From Amoeboaphelidium occidentale (Eukaryota), in assembly GCA_023515795.1 (NCBI GenBank), contig JALGPX010000008.1, forward strand, positions 1-64,000: a stretch of 64,000 bases of DNA, written 5' to 3'. The stretch's first letter is position 1; each line of letters opens with the position of its first letter. Positions 41,021 through 51,241 of this stretch are shown one piece after another. Both the position numbers and the translations under genes were made by a program. A model generated the notes under the pieces. The model made no database searches. It saw nothing but the letters and a program-made list of their open reading frames with translations, and was not told the origin of the DNA.

Positions 41021-43492
41021 ATGGCGCAAAATTCAGACAGCGAGGAACATTCAAGAACAATATCAGGCCCGTCTTCAGAGTGGCGTACCGTTCGTGTTGT
41101 TGACGAAGATTACAGCTCGTTCCCTTTTAACCCACGCGAAGATGGTAATGATGATGGGGAGGCACGCGGTTTAGAATTAAAGGACTTATCTCACATTGAT
41201 CAAGATATTTCTCAGGCTGCTGCAAATGGTGATGATATGGCGGATACTTCTTTTGACTCTGTTCTGGATACTTCTATTGTGGTTGACGATATTGCATCGA
41301 CACCAGGCCTCGATGAAGACAAGAAACATACGAAAGAACGATGGGTCCCAATGACATTAAAGTTCAACAAGCTTAGCTTCTCAATAATGACAAGTACTAC
41401 GCCTAGCTCTTATGCCAAGTCGTGTTTTGGTTGGTTTCATAAGAAGCTCGCTCCGAAAAAGCTTCTTGATGGTATATCAGGTCGTATTGTGCCTGGCGAG
41501 TTGGTAGCTGTGATGGGTTCTAGTGGGGCTGGAAAATCCACGTTCTTGGACGTTTTATCGAATAGGGTCAACATGAAAATGGTTGAGGGTGCATTGACCG
41601 TTAATGATGTCCCTGTCACTGAAGAGATCAGTAGAGAATGTTTTGGCTATGTGTGGCAGGACGACACATTGCACGAGCATTTAACTGTTCGAGAAACATT
41701 ACTTTTTGTTTATAAGTTACGCTTTGGCTCAAACGATAGCTCTGTTGCTGAAGAGCGCGTTGATCAACTTATCAAAGAACTGGGTTTAATGCGTTGTGCT
41801 AATACTCAAGTTGGTAGAAATTCGTTCCGTGGTATTTCAGGCGGAGAAGCAAAGAGACTTTCTATTGGTATAGAGTTGATATCAAATCCTAGGGTTATTC
41901 TTTTGGATGAGCCAACCACGGGACTTGATAGCAAAACGGCATTGCAAATTATGCAACTATTACGCAAGTTGGCTGATCAAGGCAAAATTGTTATAGTCAC
42001 CATTCATCAACCACAGAGACGTATTTATGAATTATTTGATAAGATTTTGTTATTAGCGAAAGGAGGACGTCCAGTGTATTTTGGGCCTGGAAGAGATGAA
42101 GCTGTAGATTATTTTGATAATCTTGGTTTTGAATGTGATGCTCAAACTACTCCTAGTGATCATTTTGTTGATCTTGTTGATACTTACAAGAAACCGGACA
42201 AGAAAGAGAAGAAACGCAAATGGAAAAGGAAGAAGAAGGAGAAACCAGCTGCAGTTACAGAAGATGCAGTTGCAACAACCGAGGGTGAAAGCGGAAACGA
42301 ATGGAGTCCAGAAGGACAAACTGAGTTTATAATTCAGTCATACCTACTCAGTAGTTTATGCCAGAAGAATGAATCAGAATCGCTGCAGGGAAGGGAATCT
42401 CCAACATTAGTCGTTGATGAGGCAAACCAGAATCCAGACTATAGTAATGTTACAGAAAAATCAAAGAATTCCCTTCTTTCATTGAGTTTGAGGAACAATC
42501 TGTCTCAGTTCCTTGTTGATCCAACATCTACTTCGTCAAATGCTGGATTCTTTGGTACATTCGCTGTCTTGTTCAGAAGGCACTTTTTAGAATTCTCGAG
42601 AAATCGCGCTGCGACTTTTTCAAGAATTTTACAGTCCATAGTGGTTGCTTTGGTTATTGGCATGATTTACTATGGTCTTGGACAAAGGTTTGATCAAAAA
42701 GCAGCTTTAGACAGAAGAGGAGTTTTGTTCTTCCTGTCTTTACAGCAGGGCTTGCTTGGATTTATTTCTGTCTTGATGCTCTTTCAAGGATGGGAGCGGC
42801 TTGTATTCCGTAGAGAGTATTTTAGCTCATTGTATGATTGTAAATCTTATTTCTTCTCGAAGCTGTTTGCAGAGCTCCCATTTCAAATAGTTTCGCCTAT
42901 TCTATTCGGTGTCATCACTTACTTTATGGTTGGATTCCAGTATCCAGTATTCTATTGGCAGAACTTTGGACTGTTTATGTTGGTACTATTGCTCTCAATG
43001 CTTGTTGGTCAAGGATTAGGAATGTTTGTGTCTGTGCTGACTCCTAATCTGGAAATGGCAAACGTTGTCTGTCCCTTGGTTCTTGGTATTTCGTTGCTTT
43101 CCGGTGGATTTTTGATTACACTGAACAACTTTCCAAGATATTTAATTTGGCTTCCGTACATGAATTTTGTCAAGTATTCGAATGAGATTCTTAGTGTTAA
43201 TGGACTTACTGGCTTGAACTTTACGTGCGCAAGAACTTTGGGCCAGCAAGGAAACTCGACCGCAGTTGCGACAAATCCCTCGTCTATTTTGTCAATTTTT
43301 AACCCTAATAACTCTACTGTAAAAGCAGATATTCCTTGTCTTTACAGAAATGGACAGCAGTTATTGGAATCTATTGGGTATAACAACGTCTCGATCAGGA
43401 ACAATTTGGTCATTCTAACTGGCATGATCATCATTTTTCAAGTGCTAAGCTATATTGGGCTCAGGTACATTGTCGTTAGACACAAGAAATAA
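41021..43492 (+). CDS. ABCG half transporter (alternative ATG at 40961)
   Basis: GSSGAGKS, ISGGEAKR, LLDEPTTGLDS and TIHQP motifs; C-terminal ABC2 membrane domain. Confidence 0.95.
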   Translation: MAQNSDSEEHSRTISGPSSEWRTVRVVDEDYSSFPFNPREDGNDDGEARGLELKDLSHIDQDISQAAANGDDMADTSFDSVLDTSIVVDDIASTPGLDEDKKHTKERWVPMTLKFNKLSFSIMTSTTPSSYAKSCFGWFHKKLAPKKLLDGISGRIVPGELVAVMGSSGAGKSTFLDVLSNRVNMKMVEGALTVNDVPVTEEISRECFGYVWQDDTLHEHLTVRETLLFVYKLRFGSNDSSVAEERVDQLIKELGLMRCANTQVGRNSFRGISGGEAKRLSIGIELISNPRVILLDEPTTGLDSKTALQIMQLLRKLADQGKIVIVTIHQPQRRIYELFDKILLLAKGGRPVYFGPGRDEAVDYFDNLGFECDAQTTPSDHFVDLVDTYKKPDKKEKKRKWKRKKKEKPAAVTEDAVATTEGESGNEWSPEGQTEFIIQSYLLSSLCQKNESESLQGRESPTLVVDEANQNPDYSNVTEKSKNSLLSLSLRNNLSQFLVDPTSTSSNAGFFGTFAVLFRRHFLEFSRNRAATFSRILQSIVVALVIGMIYYGLGQRFDQKAALDRRGVLFFLSLQQGLLGFISVLMLFQGWERLVFRREYFSSLYDCKSYFFSKLFAELPFQIVSPILFGVITYFMVGFQYPVFYWQNFGLFMLVLLLSMLVGQGLGMFVSVLTPNLEMANVVCPLVLGISLLSGGFLITLNNFPRYLIWLPYMNFVKYSNEILSVNGLTGLNFTCARTLGQQGNSTAVATNPSSILSIFNPNNSTVKADIPCLYRNGQQLLESIGYNNVSIRNNLVILTGMIIIFQVLSYIGLRYIVVRHKK

Positions 43493-43629
43493 AGGCATTA
43501 ATCGTTTCTTGGCTGATTTTGAAGATCACGTGATGTGTGCTGGGCGGTTGAAAATTGAAAGAATCATGTTGGCATCGATAATCGCGCAGTGTGTAACTTT
43601 GTGTATCAGGCGTTACCTATTTTTAGAAA

Positions 43630-44580
43630 ATGCAGTCATTCGTGCATTTCCTTTTCCGTTCGATGGATAAGTATGGCTTCAATAGCGCCGAGTTACGTTT
43701 ATCTGAACCGTCTCCATTAAAGTTACATTACAACTCGTCTGGTCAAAATGATCGCAAGAATACCGCACCAACAGTACCACTAGTCGCTCCAGGCAAATCA
43801 AATCGACCAAAGATCAATACATCTATGGGCCATGGGAAGCAGCTGGCTCTGCCTGTATCGTCGCCACTAAGTCCGCAGTATTTGGGGATCGCCGCCAAGA
43901 AGTATATACTGTACTTGGAACCTTCAAGAGAGTCAAAGTTCTATGAGAACGTAATCAAGTTCTATTCTGAGTCTAAAGCGAGGTTTGGGCATAATGAGGC
44001 TCAGATGTACCATCCTCATTGTTCTATGACAGGTTTCTTTGATCTTCCGATACACGGAAACGGCTTTTGGCATCAGGAAATGTTGACTGTTCTGGAAGAG
44101 TTAATGGTTTCAACATCGGCCATGTCTAATATTCCAAAATTGTGTGATTTCCACACGAAACAGAAGCCACGGTCACTCTCGGTGAAGGTCGATGCACCAG
44201 CTGAGTTAAAAGACATTGTAGCACGGTTTCAGAAGCACATGGATCAGCGCATGAAAACGTTTCTGGAAACTCATCATGGTGTTACTGATTCTGTTGAGCT
44301 TAGGAGCAAGTTTGACACATTCTTTATTAGGCCGAAGCCTATGGACCATATTTCGCTCGCGTACATTAGACCTAACTCGTTGTATCATGACGATGGCTCT
44401 TTGGTTGAAGAATTAAATGAAAATGAGATGGATTTTCTTATCAAATTATCTCAAGATTTCCAAATTCTCGCTGACAAGAATGTTGGCTGGTACGTTGTGT
44501 TGTATGAAGTTGATCATAAAAGCGACATACTTGGCGTGCCGCATAAGTTTAGAGAAATCCGTAAATGGAAAATTGCCTAA
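43630..44580 (+). CDS. 2H phosphoesterase superfamily protein
   Basis: Two HxS motifs (PHCSMTGFF and DHISLAY) and an N-terminal YILYLEP strand. Confidence 0.75.
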   Translation: MQSFVHFLFRSMDKYGFNSAELRLSEPSPLKLHYNSSGQNDRKNTAPTVPLVAPGKSNRPKINTSMGHGKQLALPVSSPLSPQYLGIAAKKYILYLEPSRESKFYENVIKFYSESKARFGHNEAQMYHPHCSMTGFFDLPIHGNGFWHQEMLTVLEELMVSTSAMSNIPKLCDFHTKQKPRSLSVKVDAPAELKDIVARFQKHMDQRMKTFLETHHGVTDSVELRSKFDTFFIRPKPMDHISLAYIRPNSLYHDDGSLVEELNENEMDFLIKLSQDFQILADKNVGWYVVLYEVDHKSDILGVPHKFREIRKWKIA

Positions 44581-44801
44581 GTAAGATGTGTTTATGGTTT
44601 GATTATCTCTGTATTCTATTGAAATAATAAATTAGTGTAATTGCATATCTTGGGTTCAACTAGGAGCGCTTACATGTGAAGCTATTGGCCTCAAATTGAG
44701 CATGTTATAACAGAACAGTTGAAACAACATCGAGAGGATGAGTCATCGAGCGAGTGAAGAGAAAATCTCTCTGTACATTTCCTCTTGTTCAATTGCATTA
44801 A

Positions 44802-46553
44802 ATGGCATTCGTTGCGAACTTTGAGGAAGTTGAATTGCTAGGGGCACTGCAACCAATACCGGAATCTATTAAAATGGACTTAGGGCCAGAAAGAAAACTG
44901 AATATTCTATCCCGGCAATTATTCCAGGACGTTAGAAGTTCCGTGCAGGAAATTTGCGACCTTCCAGAAAGCGCTGTGCGCAACGATAAGAAGGTGCTCA
45001 CTGGTCCTGCGGGAGTTGGAAAGTCGTTGTTATTGTATTTATGTGCAAATGATTGTATTAAGTCGAAGAAATGGTTTGTGGTGTACATCGGAATGACCTC
45101 AAAATTTCACGATATGCCTGATGAATTGGTTGCGAGAAACATTTTGACAATTATCCATCGTGCAAACGAGCAATTGGCTGGAAGCTCAACAAAGTTGGAT
45201 GAAATCCTGGCATTGATCAAGGAAGGAAAGCAAGACAGTTCAAAAGCTTGTGAGAATCTGCGTGAGGTCTTCCTCAGGATTTACGATTGTGGTGTCCCTG
45301 TGTTCATTGGAATTGATCAGTGGAATTGCTTGCAGCCTAGTGGTGGTATTACTCAACCATTATTGAAAAGTCTTTTCGACAAGTACAACAAGTTTGAGCT
45401 TGTTTGGGGCTATTCATTACTTGCAGTGTCATCTTCCTTTGATTTACATAAGTCTGGAATGTTTACTGATTACGAAGCAGCCTTGGCTGAAAGAAGACTT
45501 GAATTGCTCGCAGAACAAGAATGGTTGGCTATCGTTGGTAATTACCGTCAAAGAGGCTTGATACCCCCAGAAACATCATTATCCAATGACTCGTTACATA
45601 AGCTCACAGGGTTTGTTCCTCGGCTGTTGGTTTCAGTGAAACTAGAGTATGAAGAGCTTAAAGTTAAAGGCTACAAAGAATGGAAAGATATCAATACTTT
45701 CAATGTAAGCAACATTAATAGGAAATACTTTGAAGCAAAAGTGGAAACTGTGACCAGTCGCCATAGAGAGACGGAGGATATTGAATTTGCTGCCTTGGTA
45801 GTGATCAACAAGTACGACAATTTGATGTCATATTCCAGCCCTTGGATAGATTCTGGTCTATTTGCGTTGGGTCCAGATGGTCTGCCTAGGCCTATTGCTG
45901 CAGATGTACTGACTGCAATGTACAATGTTGTAAAAACTCAAAGTGATCAAATTATTTTTTTACTTGCTAATTCATATGCCAAATGGGTTGCTTTTGAGCT
46001 CTTTGTAAAGTTGGGGTTTTTACAAAATAACGTTATGGACTTTCTTGTACGGCGCTTGGATGGGACAGAGGAAAACGCTTCGACATTGACAATCAATGTC
46101 AGCCAACACTTCCTACAAGAACGAGATCAACCACTTCCTAACAAAGAGTCTTTGAAGAATACTATGATCGTTTGTTACAAAGGACATCCCGTTGCGGATT
46201 TGGTCATTTATTCTGGAGGTAAGCTCTTCTTAATATCAATATTCCTCGAAGCATACACCAAACACGGAACCAGCGCTGCAGACGTATTTAAAATTAAAGT
46301 AGGCAATTCAGGAAAATCTGTACTGGAATACTATTGTGAAACATCCCCTTATCCTGATCTAGTGAAGCTTGGAACATCGGACAAATGGACAGAGGCATTG
46401 AAAAATAATGTCAAGTTTGTTTTCGTAACGATTGACAATACAATTCATAATAAGAACTCAATGAAGAAGTCTGGAGCAAAGTCTGTTTATCGTATTAACG
46501 GTGAGCTTTTACAAAAGTTCGGAAATTCATACAATCTGTTTCTTCCTCAATAA
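44802..46553 (+). CDS. Crinkler-like P-loop NTPase with a degenerate restriction-endonuclease-like C-terminus
   Basis: Walker A GPAGVGKS, Walker B FIGIDQWN, TGFVPRLL helical motif, AFE...GHPVADLVI. Confidence 0.6.
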   Translation: MAFVANFEEVELLGALQPIPESIKMDLGPERKLNILSRQLFQDVRSSVQEICDLPESAVRNDKKVLTGPAGVGKSLLLYLCANDCIKSKKWFVVYIGMTSKFHDMPDELVARNILTIIHRANEQLAGSSTKLDEILALIKEGKQDSSKACENLREVFLRIYDCGVPVFIGIDQWNCLQPSGGITQPLLKSLFDKYNKFELVWGYSLLAVSSSFDLHKSGMFTDYEAALAERRLELLAEQEWLAIVGNYRQRGLIPPETSLSNDSLHKLTGFVPRLLVSVKLEYEELKVKGYKEWKDINTFNVSNINRKYFEAKVETVTSRHRETEDIEFAALVVINKYDNLMSYSSPWIDSGLFALGPDGLPRPIAADVLTAMYNVVKTQSDQIIFLLANSYAKWVAFELFVKLGFLQNNVMDFLVRRLDGTEENASTLTINVSQHFLQERDQPLPNKESLKNTMIVCYKGHPVADLVIYSGGKLFLISIFLEAYTKHGTSAADVFKIKVGNSGKSVLEYYCETSPYPDLVKLGTSDKWTEALKNNVKFVFVTIDNTIHNKNSMKKSGAKSVYRINGELLQKFGNSYNLFLPQ

Positions 46554-46680
46554 TCAATGTGTTAAAAGTAAACCTCTTGGATCTCTTTTCGAGTTCTTCC
46601 TCTGCTTTCATATTGTGATTTCTACATCCTCTTTGGCCTTTGCTAACTAGTTCTTATCAGATGGTTTAGTAGTTTATTAC

Positions 46681-48315
46681 TTAGTGCAATCTTTTAGCTA
46701 GATCATAGTAAATTTCTGCCATGTCTTCGTCGAAAATGACTTCAACATTTACAGACTCACTGCTGCTATTCTTCTTCTTCCTGACGTAACCTAGCACTCC
46801 TTGTTGACTCAAAGATCTCTTTATAACAGAGTCAATTTTGATTATGCTTGGTTTTCTTGCTGAGGGAGATTCGATAATTGGACTTCCTGCTGATAGCAAA
46901 GAAGGAGTCTTGAGCAAATCAGCTTGCGGTGGTGTAGTTGCAGTTGGGGTAGGTGTTGCACTCAAGCCAGGAATATAGGAAGCGTCTCGATTTGTGTCAA
47001 GACTAAGCGCCTTATCGACATGAGCAGCAAGAGTTGTTACCAAAGCTTCCTCAGAATCATTCATGTTCAAACTCAGCTTTCTGTCAACAACTATGCGTTG
47101 AGGATTGCCTGTATCCTCGGTTTCGATTTGGCTATTCAGATCAATATCAGACTTCAAGTTTGCGTACTCATTGACTAAATCAGCATTGTAAATATCAGAA
47201 TCGACCGCTCTTTGAGGAGGAAATCTCTCAGATAATTGGCCTATAACAGGTCCAGAATATGTTGGAGCGACCAACATTTTCTGATTATTGAAGAATCGCG
47301 GTGCTCTAAAACCATCGTGTTTCTCTACTGTCGGCGAAGCAAACGCAGAGATAGTCTCAGCAGTCATGTCTCTCTCTGAGTTTCCAATCTTGTTCATTTC
47401 CTCAATAAGGAGCTTGAATGTTCCTGAGCCAGCAAGAAAACCTTGGCGCTTAGTTTCTTCCGAATCGTCATTCTTTAACTGATCAATAAACACATTTCTT
47501 GACTCTTCTTCATCCATATCAGCTTCAATACAAGAAACTTGATCTTTCTCAACCTCTGCGTGAATTTCATCCAGCTTCTTGATGTTAGTAGAAGCTCTTG
47601 TATCAACAATATCTAACGCAGGACTGCATGCCAGATACCTCATTGAATTGATGAGCGTGAACAACCACGAATCGAACATTGTTGCACTTTTCATTCTTAA
47701 GAAGTAGTTCTTTGTTTTGGTTTGAATTACCAGCACGTTCTTGATAATTGTACGAGGATCTGCATCCAGACCAAGGATATGTTGCAAAGGAAACTCAGGA
47801 CGAGGGCGTGACAAGAGAGCCAAATTCTCAATATCCTTTACATCCAAAGTAAATAGAGGAAGTTGAAAGTACTTTGCAGGGACCAAGGATCCTGGTTTTG
47901 CTAGCAGCAGTTCCATTTGATCAACAGGTGTCGCAAGCACAGAGCTATCGATCATGGGAGCAGGGGTGAATGATGTAGTCGGGTAATATCTTCCAGTAGC
48001 GGTAGATGTCATTAATGGCTTTTCGTCGGAGAATTCGCACTTTTTTGGCTTCAACCATGTCAAGTATCTTCCGTCAAATCTGCACACTCTTTTACGCCAA
48101 GCTTTTGCGTTACCTTCCTGAACCAGAACGTACATGTGACTGGAATATACTAGATCACCATTCACTTTATGCGCATGGAGTTTGGAACCCTTTGGAATTA
48201 AATGTCGTTTCAGTCCAACAATTTCGCGCTGCACTTGTGTGAACTCGTCGCCATCATCATCAAAGCTGCTCACGAGCGGGGCAAGTTCTGGAGAAGATTT
48301 CGATTCTTGAAACAT
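46681..48315 (-). CDS. PH-domain protein with a long disordered tail
   Basis: KAWRKRVCRFDGRYL...LVIQTKTKNYFLR...FDSWLFTL split PH-like pattern. Confidence 0.65.
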   Translation of the reverse strand: MFQESKSSPELAPLVSSFDDDGDEFTQVQREIVGLKRHLIPKGSKLHAHKVNGDLVYSSHMYVLVQEGNAKAWRKRVCRFDGRYLTWLKPKKCEFSDEKPLMTSTATGRYYPTTSFTPAPMIDSSVLATPVDQMELLLAKPGSLVPAKYFQLPLFTLDVKDIENLALLSRPRPEFPLQHILGLDADPRTIIKNVLVIQTKTKNYFLRMKSATMFDSWLFTLINSMRYLACSPALDIVDTRASTNIKKLDEIHAEVEKDQVSCIEADMDEEESRNVFIDQLKNDDSEETKRQGFLAGSGTFKLLIEEMNKIGNSERDMTAETISAFASPTVEKHDGFRAPRFFNNQKMLVAPTYSGPVIGQLSERFPPQRAVDSDIYNADLVNEYANLKSDIDLNSQIETEDTGNPQRIVVDRKLSLNMNDSEEALVTTLAAHVDKALSLDTNRDASYIPGLSATPTPTATTPPQADLLKTPSLLSAGSPIIESPSARKPSIIKIDSVIKRSLSQQGVLGYVRKKKNSSSESVNVEVIFDEDMAEIYYDLAKRLH

Positions 48316-48459
48316 GATATTGTGGAAATTTAGATTAGAAATGAAGGAAATTTGATGGTACATGCGATCAATTGTTACGGCGTGGATGGTCAACTCCTAT
48401 TGGTTGGTGATTGATTGCAACATGGACGAATAAGAAGTGGAACAATTAAAGCAATTGAT

Positions 48460-51023
48460 TTATGATCTCAAGGTTTCAGCCATAGCAATGATCTTCTTGT
48501 TTTGGGCATACACGATATTAACAGCTTCCTTCAGTTGCATTTCTTTTTTTAGACGAGCCATTTTCAAGTTAACAACATGATTCAACAATGCAGTTTTAAC
48601 ATTGGCAAGTTGAACATTTAAGCTTTGCATAATTTTTGAGCGCGTTTCAGTTTCTTCAGTTGTAATCAAGTGACCTAGATTAGCAAACAACGTTTCCATT
48701 GAATGGCTGTCTTGCGGTCTTAATGCACTTGTAACAATAGGCGAATTAATCGCAAATGGAGAACCTTTGTTGGTCAATGAAAACTTTGATGAAGGCCATT
48801 CAAATCCCAGAACTTTGGAATTCGAGCCAAGTTCATTAAGCATTGAGGTGTTTCCAAACACACTGGAAGAACCACTTGTTCTTCTATCGTTCTTATTGAT
48901 AGTCTTCAAGAAGTCTTCAAACTTGCTGTTTTCATGTGAAGAGAGCGAAGTATCATACATTGGTCTCATAGCAGCAACTGCAGGCGTAGTTTGCTCATCA
49001 CCCACTTTGGGAATTTGAACTAACATTTCTGCTGTTCTTGTGGCATGCTTCGCTTTCAAGGGAACACGAGGAACAGCAAATTCAATAGAAGCTACAGAGG
49101 GAACATTCTCTTCGGCTGGAGGTAAATCATCCTTCTCGACTTGTTTGGTTTCAGGTAAGGCAGGCTGCTCATAGATCGCTTCTGCAGAAATCTTCGATTC
49201 TTCGATGACTTCTTTTGGGTTCATTGCATTTTTAACAGCATTCTGATTCTCCGTTGCTTCTTTGGCCGACTTTGTTTTCTTTCGCCCTCTCTTTGTTGTG
49301 ACAGTTGTGGTCTCTGGAACTTCATCAACAACTTTGCGCTTTTTCGCTGAATACTTTACAGATTTCAACATTTTCTTCTCCTTAACAATTCGAGATACTT
49401 CCTTCTCAATGTCTCTCGTAATGTACTGTGACTTCTCATCATAGTTCACTTTCATCGAATCAGCAGATAATTGAGCATCATTCTGGTCCTCCTTCTCTTC
49501 AACTTTGTCAGTGCTAAGGACCTTTTGTGGAGCTTTTTCAGAAGGAGAACTTTCAGATTTCGGCAAAGCACTCAACATGGCTTCGATCTGCTCATTCGTT
49601 GATGCATAGCGCTTCAGACTGCAGTCAATATTTGCAACAGAAATTGAAGTCTTGAACTTTTGCTAAAACAGAATTAAAACATTTGACCTTTTAACCTTAC
49701 CACTTTATGATGGGCCAGCAAGTCCCTGACTTCACCTGCAGAAATCTTCTGCTTACCATTCCAAGACTTCAAACCAGACACAACAAAGAAATACTGAACA
49801 TCACCAACATCCTTACCCATGCTTTGAACTTGAAATCCTTCTATGGGGTACTTCAAATGAAGAGATAAACGTATCAAATCATTCCCATCTGGTGTTTCAA
49901 TCTTGTAACCACGAATGTTCTCGTACAACAAGCTAACAATTGAAGGATCGCCATCTTTACTACTGTAAATCAAACTAATGGAATTCTTATTGAAGTCAAC
50001 ATAAAAGTGATCAGCAATTGTTCTGTCAGGACTGAGCTCAACCTTGCTGGATCCTTCATAAGCAACTTTTGCAGCGATGAAGGAGAAAGGTCTGTGATCT
50101 ACAGATTTCCTCAAACCATCGTTGCAATTAATAACATTCAAACACTCACGACAACCTTTTCCGAATGCAGAGCTACTTAGAGACGCAAAGGCATAAATTG
50201 CATTCTCAGACCAGTTCTTGAAACAATCTTGAACGAACTGTGCCCTCTTCTCGTCTGTGCGAGGAAAGACACGGAACAATATTTCAACCAACAGCGTTTG
50301 CAACTCATAATCTCCTGCAACCTGAACCGCTTTTGCAATTAAAGATCTTTTAAAGAGAGTCAGTCTTGCAAGGTTTATAGCAAAACTTACGCAATACGAC
50401 CAAACGTGTAATCAATATTGTTCATAAATTCTTTGTTCTCTTTGCAATGCGTTAGCAACTCAATAATAACCTCACAAGCAGCATTCTTTAAGAGTATCTC
50501 TGCACTTTTATCATCAATTATTTTGATCAGAGCAGTCATTATCTTGCTACCAATCTCAGCCTTGACTACACGAAACAAGCAAAAATCAGCTGGCTCACAT
50601 CAAAACATACACTTCGCTCCTGCCTCAACAAAAGCTTTAACGATCTTGAGTAAGCTAACGCGCACCTCCAAGCGATACTCTTGTTTTGCAACTTTGGGAT
50701 TTGTCCATGAGCCCAACTCTTCAGCAAGCGTTTCAGCAAAGAATTTAACGCTGGCCAACGTAACTTTTGGATCTGAGACCAAAGCCACAAGTTCCTGACA
50801 CAACAAAGAACCCTTCACGATAAGTTTCAACAAGAAGAGCGTTTAAACCTTTGATTCATACAAATTCATGAGTAAATGCTAAATGTTTCAACCAAGCCTT
50901 TCGATAAATCATTACCTGCCTCGCCTGGTCTTTTACATTCGCAACCTTCATTGGCGATAATTTAGAATTGACACGTTTCAATAAATCCTTCAGCGTTACT
51001 GCGCTTTCTTTCTTACGCGGCAT
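48460..51023 (-). CDS. SYCP2-like meiotic chromosome axis protein (ARM-like + PH-like + disordered region + C-terminal coiled coil)
   Basis: Introns 50879-50915, 50813-50848, 50566-50610, 50347-50390 and 49663-49700 give one ORF containing AGDYELQTLLVEILFR, CRECLNVIN and FYVDFN. Confidence 0.7.
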
Positions 51024-51141
51024 AGTTGAAACAAATGCGACAAGTTTCAGCGCGAGAGCGACAACAACAAAACCACAAAAGCCAAACAACTCAAAAAATA
51101 CTGCGCGCGGCCCATCGAGCAGAAGGAGCAACAGAATCTTA

Positions 51142-51155
51142 TGAAACCGCGAATT
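51142..51155. promoter_or_regulatory. TGAAACCGCGAATT element in the SYCP2-like/Lnt-like divergent promoter
   Basis: 13/14 match to the inverted-repeat arm at 59595. Confidence 0.5.
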
Positions 51156-51241
51156 CAACCATCTGACAAAGACTTGGTGATCGACATGCAAAATCGACAA
51201 ATTTGCCTTTCACCACTTTCTTCTTGAATTATCACCACACG

